Shown here: piece by piece, positions 58,293 to 64,000 of the stretch
How positions within the stretch are numbered: position 1 is the first letter of the stretch
Layout: the number at the start of each line of letters is the position of its first letter
Source: an uncultured Flavobacteriaceae bacterium
GTDB taxonomy: Bacteria > Bacteroidota > Bacteroidia > Flavobacteriales > Flavobacteriaceae
Length of the DNA stretch: 64,000 nucleotides
Assembly (NCBI GenBank): GCA_964434565.1
Contig: CAYSVQ010000070.1
Coordinates: 16,980 to 80,979, forward strand
Direction: 5' to 3'
Made by a program: the position numbers and the translations under genes
Notes under the pieces: generated by a model
Seen by the model: the letters and a program-made list of their open reading frames with translations, nothing else
Told to the model about the DNA's origin: nothing
Database searches by the model: none

Positions 58293-59378
58293 TTAAATTC
58301 CGAAGGGCGGACCACCCGCGTTGGCTATGGTCCATACTTCACCGGTTAAGGTCACGATATAGGCGGTATTCCCAATGAATTCGAGCGAGGTAGGCCGATC
58401 AAGCCCGTCCGTGATGATGGTGAAGGTCCCATCTTCATTGACTCGCACGAGTGAGCCGGTGTTCGGCAGTGCCGGAGAACCCTCCTGAACGCCATCCCAA
58501 ACACCCTGCGAGAGTGCGAAGAGCGTACGACCGTGGTTAAATTCAACATCGACCAATAAACGCGCGCCGGAGGCTACCTCTGTAATTGTGGATGATTTTG
58601 AACCAAACGATACTACCTTACCATTTTCCGGAAGGTGAGGGACTGGCCCGGCCTCAGCCATATATACGGTGTTTCCATGCAATGCCAGCCCAGTTGGAAC
58701 AATGTTGCCAAAGGTCTTGAATTCGGTAATCTCTCCATCACGGGTAACATGTAGTACGCGGTTGTGATGACCATCCGCCACGAGAAAACCGCCACGATAG
58801 GTCTGAATAGAGAATTGCACCCCCATATCAACAAAGAACGGGGTGTTGGGAGGATTGTCAAGGGAAAACGCGCCAAGATCTGCAATGACGGTAAAACTAT
58901 CTGGTCCGTCGATTCGATAAATACCATTTACATCATTGGTGCCGAGCTGCGGGCCGACTAGTGTAACCAACGCGTATGCGGTTGCGCCTAAGAAGGCAAC
59001 ATCATTAACACCGCCGACTCCAATTACCGAGGGTGGCAATCCGCTGGCGAACATCGTGACTTCCCCGGTTTTTGGATCGATACGCGAGATCTTCCCGATA
59101 CCACCCTCAGTTACATATAGTGCACCTCCAGGGCCAATGGTGCTGCCTGTTGAGCCCACTAGTCCTGATGCCAGCAATTGGGGAGGTCCAGGTTCCGGGT
59201 TTATCTTACTTTTCAATTGGAGTGCCATTTCCGACTCAGCAGTCGAGTCAACCATCTCCTTATCGCAGCCTACCAGCACAACTAAAAGGACAAATGACAA
59301 GGCAAATAAAGTAAGTGTAGCATTGATTTTACTTATTGCGGGGAGCAATAATTTAGCTTTTTTAAACATAATTTCCAT
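58293..59378 (-). CDS. Lipoprotein with beta-propeller-like repeats (NHL/ScyD-ScyE-like)
   Basis: 361 aa with a MEIM start and lipobox LVVLVGCDKE. It has repeated G..G.LYV.E / DG...V-type blade motifs. The family assignment is tentative. Confidence 0.75.
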   Translation of the reverse strand: MEIMFKKAKLLLPAISKINATLTLFALSFVLLVVLVGCDKEMVDSTAESEMALQLKSKINPEPGPPQLLASGLVGSTGSTIGPGGALYVTEGGIGKISRIDPKTGEVTMFASGLPPSVIGVGGVNDVAFLGATAYALVTLVGPQLGTNDVNGIYRIDGPDSFTVIADLGAFSLDNPPNTPFFVDMGVQFSIQTYRGGFLVADGHHNRVLHVTRDGEITEFKTFGNIVPTGLALHGNTVYMAEAGPVPHLPENGKVVSFGSKSSTITEVASGARLLVDVEFNHGRTLFALSQGVWDGVQEGSPALPNTGSLVRVNEDGTFTIITDGLDRPTSLEFIGNTAYIVTLTGEVWTIANAGGPPFGI

Positions 59379-59497
59379 TTTTTAGATTAATACTTCGTAA
59401 GGGGTAATTATTTATTATAATTCTGACCTATCTAAAAGTATTCACCTTCCGACGGATGGGCTTGTACTAGTTTTTCAAGCTATAGGACTATTTGTGA
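59367..59497 (-). promoter_or_regulatory. Conserved leader/promoter repeat, copy A (includes the first 4 codons MEIM)
   Basis: An ungapped hand alignment to 60584..60714 gives about 87 percent identity over ~130 nt, while the downstream coding sequences are unrelated. Confidence 0.7.
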
Positions 59498-59707
59498 ATT
59501 ACCTATAAAAATTTAAGATATATGAGCTTATTTAAATCGAAATTGTTGTAATCTCTTTAAAGGGCTATTTAATAAAACTGGACAGAAGCTATATCAAAGT
59601 CTCATAAAACGTTCTTTTTAAGGAACCAGGTAAAAAAGCTCTGAATAACTTCATTAAATTGAGTGAACTACTATAGCCAATTAGTGAAAGTCCAAAATAA
59701 GATAGGT

Positions 59708-60595
59708 CTAATTGACATCATAAACATATTTAAGGCCGGCTACGAAAGAGGGACCTACCACGCTTTCGTGATCTTCATTTGGAAGTTCCATAAAGTCAAA
59801 TTCAAACCATGGCAAATCTATCTCCCGGGCCTCCATATATTCATTAAATCCATTAGGTTCGAACTCAATTGACCTTGTTCGAAAGAGTTTAAAACTTTCA
59901 GCGCTATTCGCTGAAACAATAAGGGAATCCAATTCATTTATTAAACCACTGAAACTATCTCCTCCACAAATAGCTGGATCAACTGCAATTGAGCCATGAA
60001 ATATTACCGCTTCAGGGTTCTCCATAAATAAGGCCGCGACCGCAAAACGACCTCCGAAGGAATACCCTATCAGGGATCTGGCGCTGTGGTCATTCTCAAA
60101 ATTGCTATCTACAAATTGCACCAGCTGCTTGGTGATCAGGTTATAATAATTTTCAAAACCATTGCCGGGGATGCCACCACAAAAATCTGGTGAATAATCT
60201 CGAATTCTGTCTGCACCTTCCTTATCTCCTATTGCTGCAATAATAGCTTGCAGGCCAATTTCTTTGGATTTTTGTTTTAAAGTTTCAAAGAGGAATAAAC
60301 CATCCGTCAAATAGATTACCGGTAGATTTTTGTCCGTTTCATATGCGGCTGGAAGAAATATTTTAAGGGGGTAGGTTTCAGAATTATAATTTGAGGTCAA
60401 AGATCTGTCGAGTGTTTGATCGGTAGCTTGTCCCGTAGTTGGCCCACTATTTGCTGGAGGAGATGGTGTAGGTGGTGTAGGATCATCACCAGATGAACAA
60501 CCCGTCGTTATAAGGATTACAGCAATTATGATGATAAATATTAAAATTGACGTTGACGATTTACCGAATGTTGCTTTTGCATCCATGATTTCCAT
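59708..60595 (-). CDS. Alpha/beta-hydrolase (putative esterase family) lipoprotein
   Basis: 295 aa with a MEIM start and lipobox ITTGCSSGDD. The motifs LPVIYLTDG and the nucleophile elbow GYSFGG are present. Confidence 0.8.
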   Translation of the reverse strand: MEIMDAKATFGKSSTSILIFIIIIAVILITTGCSSGDDPTPPTPSPPANSGPTTGQATDQTLDRSLTSNYNSETYPLKIFLPAAYETDKNLPVIYLTDGLFLFETLKQKSKEIGLQAIIAAIGDKEGADRIRDYSPDFCGGIPGNGFENYYNLITKQLVQFVDSNFENDHSARSLIGYSFGGRFAVAALFMENPEAVIFHGSIAVDPAICGGDSFSGLINELDSLIVSANSAESFKLFRTRSIEFEPNGFNEYMEAREIDLPWFEFDFMELPNEDHESVVGPSFVAGLKYVYDVN

Positions 60596-60714
60596 TTTTT
60601 AGATTATTACTTCGTAAAGGATACTTATTTATCCTAATTCTGACCTGTCTAAAAGTATTCACCTAACGATGGATGGGCTTGTACTATTTTTTTAAACTAT
60701 AGGAGTATTCGTGT
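60584..60714 (-). promoter_or_regulatory. Conserved leader/promoter repeat, copy B (includes the first 4 codons MEIM)
   Basis: See copy A. The shared blocks on the transcribed strand are CCTATAG.TT.AAAAA.TAGTACAAGCCCATCC.TCG..AGGTGAATACTTTTAGA.AGGTCAGAATTA and TTACGAAGTA.TAATCTAAAAAATGGAAAT.ATG. Confidence 0.7.
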
Positions 60715-60788
60715 ATCGCCTAAAACCTTATTTTTTAAAAAATAGGTTGGGTGGATTGTGTAAGATTAAATCCGATATAAGAGGTTTT

Positions 60789-63700
60789 TTAAAGGGTTTC
60801 ACTGGGTGTGATACCAAATTCGGCCTTATAGGCACGGCTAAACCAGGACGGGTCGTTAAAACCCACATCATAAGCAATTTCCGATATGGTGCTTTCGCCC
60901 TTTCTGATCAATTCCCTGGCTTTTTGAAGACGTACCGATCGGATGAAGACCGCAGTAGATTTTCCTGTTATGGCTTTCAGTTTTCTGTAAATCTGTGATT
61001 CACTTAAATGCAGTCTCTCGGCCAAAAGAGTGGTGCCAAAATAATGATTGCCCATTTCTTTATGGATGATGTTCATTATTTTTTGCAGGAATATGTTTTC
61101 CGGCCCGGATTGTCTTTTATTGAGAAATTGGTCGAATCCCTCTTTCTGAATCTTTTCTATGAGTTTTTTACGAACCGATATTAACTTATCTATTCGTATA
61201 AACAATTCTTCCTTGTTGAAAGGTTTGGGCAGATATGCGTCCGCACCTTGTGAAAGTCCATGCAGACGATCCTTTGTTGTGGCCTTTGCAGTGATCAAAA
61301 TTATCGGGATATGGTCTGTACGGGAATCTGATTTTAAGCTGGCACAAACTTCAAACCCATCTTTTTCAGGCATCATCACATCTGAAATGATAATGTCCGG
61401 TATGGTTTGGTACGCGGTTTCGATGCCTTCCAGGCCATTTTTTGCAATAATGGTTTGATATTTTGTATCGAGGCACATTTGCAGGTATTGTGCTACATCC
61501 TGATTATCCTCTATTATCAGGGCCAATGGTAGCTCGGAAGTAGTGTTGGAGGTATTAATTAAATCATTCCTGATTGTGCCAAAGTCGATTTTTCGGAAAT
61601 CATTGGGCAAGATAATACCCTTAAACCGGTCTGCATCTCGAGTAATTGGAATTCGGACTGTGAATTCACTTCCTTTCCCCTCTGTGCTGCTTACTACAAT
61701 AGTTCCATTCATCATTTCCACATATTCCTTTGTCAAAGACAGACCAATACCCGTACCACCACCATAGCGGGTGGTGGAACTATTTACCTGATGAAAGCGA
61801 TTGAAAATATATTCCATTTCATGTTCTGGAATCCCGAAGCCATTGTCCTTAACCTTCAAAAAGAAATACGTTTTTTTATTTTTGATAGTCTGGTATAAAT
61901 GCACAATGATGGTCCCTCCCGATGACGTAAATTTAATGGCATTTGAAAGTAGATTGGTAAGGACAATTGAGAATTTTTGGGGGTCAAAATCCATCCATAA
62001 GGAATCGATTTCTGAATATACCGTCAGCTTTAAATTCGAAGATTCCGCAAGGGAACTGAAACTTTCACATAGATATTTCACATAAGGGATCATATTGGCC
62101 TGTTGAAGTTTCAAACCCGATGCTCCGCTTTCCAATTTGCTCAGATCCAGCATTTGATTTACCAGTTGCAGTAAGTTTTGACCATTTCTGCGAATCATTT
62201 GCAAGGAGCCTTCAGCTCCATTTAATGCTGATTTTGTAATGCCCGATTGTAGTTCATCCGTTATGCCGAGAATTACGGTAAGGGGGGTGCGGAATTCATG
62301 TGAAATATTGGTATACAGGTTATTTTTTAATTGATTGACTTCCTTTTGTCGTTTGACTTCTTCTAAGGCTAATTTATTAGAAAGTTGAAAGCGATAAAAT
62401 GCGTAAACTGACGAACAGAATAATGTTGCATATATTAAATATGCCCACCATCTTGACCACCATGCCCTTTTGATATAAAACTGCACGGCTGCGCCCTTCT
62501 CATCCCAGATGTCGTTGTCATTCGATCCCATAACCCTAAAATTATATTCCCCGGGATCCAGATTGGTGTAGCGGGCAGTTCTCTGGGTCCCGCCATCGAT
62601 CCAGTCGAGGTCGAATGGCTCCAGCCTATATTTGTACCTGTTCTTGGAAGGGTTGCTATAATGAAGTCCAACATATTCAAAACTCACATCGTTCTGCCGA
62701 TGGTTTAGAATTATTTTCCGGGGATTTTCAATAGCATGTTGTCTCTTTTCATAGGGTTGCCCCGATATTTGTAAACCCTTGAACAATAACTTAGGAGGAA
62801 TTGGATTGCCGTTCACCTTATCCGGAAAAAAAGAATACAAGACACTACTACCTCCAAAAATCAATTGGCCGTCACTTGCTTTAAATACCGCCCGATTAAA
62901 TCTTTGGGAGGGTAGACCATTGGGAATAAAGCGTTGTGACCCGGTTTCAAATTTAGATATTCCCTTATAGGTAGAAACCCAGAATGTTCCTGATGGACTT
63001 TCCAGAATGCCGGAAGTTCTGTTACTGGGTAGTCCATCTGCTATGGTGTATTGCCGAAAATTACTTTTATCGCGACTGAAATATACCAGTCCTTTATTAA
63101 TGGTCCCCATCCAATACCCTCTGTCATCATCTTCATATAAGAAGGTAGGTTTATATCCTTCTGAAAAGGCAATGAATCTATCATTTTCGCGGTCAAATAT
63201 AAACAGGGTACCTTCCCCTGCAGGATCCCCTACCCATAGTGTTCCCCGAGAGTCCTGCTCGATTACATAACCCTCTGAATCGAGGGTTTGTTGTCTTTTA
63301 CCAGGTAAATTGTAGACCTTAAAGATTCCCAGCTTCTTATCAAAACGAAAAAGCGTTCTTTTATTGGTTGCCATCCATAAAAACCCTTCCCGATCTCCAT
63401 AAATGCGGTTTAGATTACCTATTATAGCGTCCTGTGGGTAACCTTTTGGAATATCGTAACGTTTGAATATGCCTGTCCGAAGATTTATGCGGCCTAAGGC
63501 GCCATTCCGGTTACCTTCCATTTTGGAAATATCGGTTGTAGGTTTCCCAAACGCCATCCAAAGCAAATCGTTCTCATCTATTAGCATATCCCGAATGCTC
63601 TTACCACCCTTAAGATGCTCTTGTAAATCCTTGTTATAAAATGAGACAATATCCCCTGTTTTTAAGTCCATTTGTTTAATTCCCTCAGTATAAGTGCCAA

Positions 63701-64000
63701 GCCATATCAAACCAGATTCGTTCCTGGATTCTTGTATGCTCATAACGTATGAATTATTCGCCCCCGCATATCTGGTGATTTCCCGTTTATAGGGATCCAT
63801 TTTGTGAAGGCCTCCCTGTGCTATGTTGCCCAACCAAAATTGGCCAGATCGATCTTCAAAAAAAGACCATAACTTATCATTTGTTATACCATTTGTTGTG
63901 GCAATATCATGTCTATATTGAGTTAACTTTTTAGTATCAGGCTCAAAATGATTAATGCCTCCCCCGCAAGTCCCAATCCATAAGCCACCTTTACTGTCTT
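60789..64000 (-). CDS. Hybrid two-component system sensor histidine kinase/response regulator with AraC-type HTH output (HTCS); N-terminus beyond the window
   Basis: Domains present are periplasmic beta-propeller/Y_Y_Y repeats, a TM span, the H-box HEFRTPLT, HATPase, a receiver (DVMMPEKDG) and a C-terminal AraC HTH. The track start at 63833 is a TTG. I translated 63834..63998 in the same frame and found no stop (...GGLWIGTCGGGINHFEPDTKKL...), so the gene is truncated by the window edge. Confidence 0.9.
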   Translation of the reverse strand, partial: DSKGGLWIGTCGGGINHFEPDTKKLTQYRHDIATTNGITNDKLWSFFEDRSGQFWLGNIAQGGLHKMDPYKREITRYAGANNSYVMSIQESRNESGLIWLGTYTEGIKQMDLKTGDIVSFYNKDLQEHLKGGKSIRDMLIDENDLLWMAFGKPTTDISKMEGNRNGALGRINLRTGIFKRYDIPKGYPQDAIIGNLNRIYGDREGFLWMATNKRTLFRFDKKLGIFKVYNLPGKRQQTLDSEGYVIEQDSRGTLWVGDPAGEGTLFIFDRENDRFIAFSEGYKPTFLYEDDDRGYWMGTINKGLVYFSRDKSNFRQYTIADGLPSNRTSGILESPSGTFWVSTYKGISKFETGSQRFIPNGLPSQRFNRAVFKASDGQLIFGGSSVLYSFFPDKVNGNPIPPKLLFKGLQISGQPYEKRQHAIENPRKIILNHRQNDVSFEYVGLHYSNPSKNRYKYRLEPFDLDWIDGGTQRTARYTNLDPGEYNFRVMGSNDNDIWDEKGAAVQFYIKRAWWSRWWAYLIYATLFCSSVYAFYRFQLSNKLALEEVKRQKEVNQLKNNLYTNISHEFRTPLTVILGITDELQSGITKSALNGAEGSLQMIRRNGQNLLQLVNQMLDLSKLESGASGLKLQQANMIPYVKYLCESFSSLAESSNLKLTVYSEIDSLWMDFDPQKFSIVLTNLLSNAIKFTSSGGTIIVHLYQTIKNKKTYFFLKVKDNGFGIPEHEMEYIFNRFHQVNSSTTRYGGGTGIGLSLTKEYVEMMNGTIVVSSTEGKGSEFTVRIPITRDADRFKGIILPNDFRKIDFGTIRNDLINTSNTTSELPLALIIEDNQDVAQYLQMCLDTKYQTIIAKNGLEGIETAYQTIPDIIISDVMMPEKDGFEVCASLKSDSRTDHIPIILITAKATTKDRLHGLSQGADAYLPKPFNKEELFIRIDKLISVRKKLIEKIQKEGFDQFLNKRQSGPENIFLQKIMNIIHKEMGNHYFGTTLLAERLHLSESQIYRKLKAITGKSTAVFIRSVRLQKARELIRKGESTISEIAYDVGFNDPSWFSRAYKAEFGITPSETL

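Noticed and set aside
56602-60720. Calling the tRNA-adjacent segment a mobile_element feature
   Set aside because: No integrase, transposase or att direct repeat of the tRNA 3' end could be found by eye inside the window. It is kept as a hypothesis in the findings only.
60711-60998. 95-aa plus-strand ORF between the hydrolase gene and the HTCS
   Set aside because: It starts inside leader repeat copy B and runs antisense into the AraC HTH end of the HTCS gene. It has no motifs.

Overview
This window looks like chromosomal DNA from a Bacteroidota organism, probably a Flavobacteriaceae. That is an inference from gene content: CarboxypepD_reg-type TonB-dependent receptors, a hybrid two-component system with AraC output, DUF3078, crtY, and A-rich leaders without Shine-Dalgarno sites. 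I call about 50 protein genes, one tRNA-Asn, several rho-independent terminators and several repeat elements. From left to right: (1) 1-12.5 kb holds a sugar or glycoside oxidation locus with no classical glycoside hydrolase. It contains two GMC flavoproteins, a Tat small subunit, two xylose-isomerase-like TIM barrels, a Gfo/Idh/MocA enzyme, two DUF1080 lipoproteins, a NupG-type permease, an MFS permease, and DinB and ASCH proteins. (2) Housekeeping genes yicC-gmk and nadD are separated by a roughly 0.8 kb array of hairpin and REP-like repeats. (3) Next come a PiT phosphate transporter with a PhoU-like tail, a TonB receptor with a beta-helix lipoprotein, dgt, DUF3078, dxs, tadA, csp, a ClC channel and aspS. 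(4) Then a TetR-TolC-MFP-RND efflux operon, a polyprenyl synthase and crtY. (5) A metal block follows (TonB receptor, a DtxR/MntR-like regulator with a palindromic operator candidate, a ZIP transporter). After intervening genes (DinB, S9 peptidase, DUF2141, a plug-only lipoprotein, DUF423) come feoAB and an unlisted 48-aa FeoB-associated Cys-rich gene, which is displaced from feoB by a repeat-rich insert. SCO and rseP lie beyond feoA. (6) After tRNA-Asn the sequence becomes visibly AT-rich. This stretch carries small membrane ORFs, a 56-bp tandem repeat, a decayed excisionase-like HTH remnant, and two lipoprotein genes that share a ~130-bp duplicated leader. It ends in a hybrid sensor kinase/AraC regulator that runs off the window. 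I found no CRISPR array, intact mobile element or recognisable defence system. The most interesting items are the oxidative glycoside locus, the duplicated leader next to the HTCS, and the tRNA-adjacent AT-rich segment. The ORF track uses TTG and GTG as well as ATG starts, and I re-trimmed several starts by hand.
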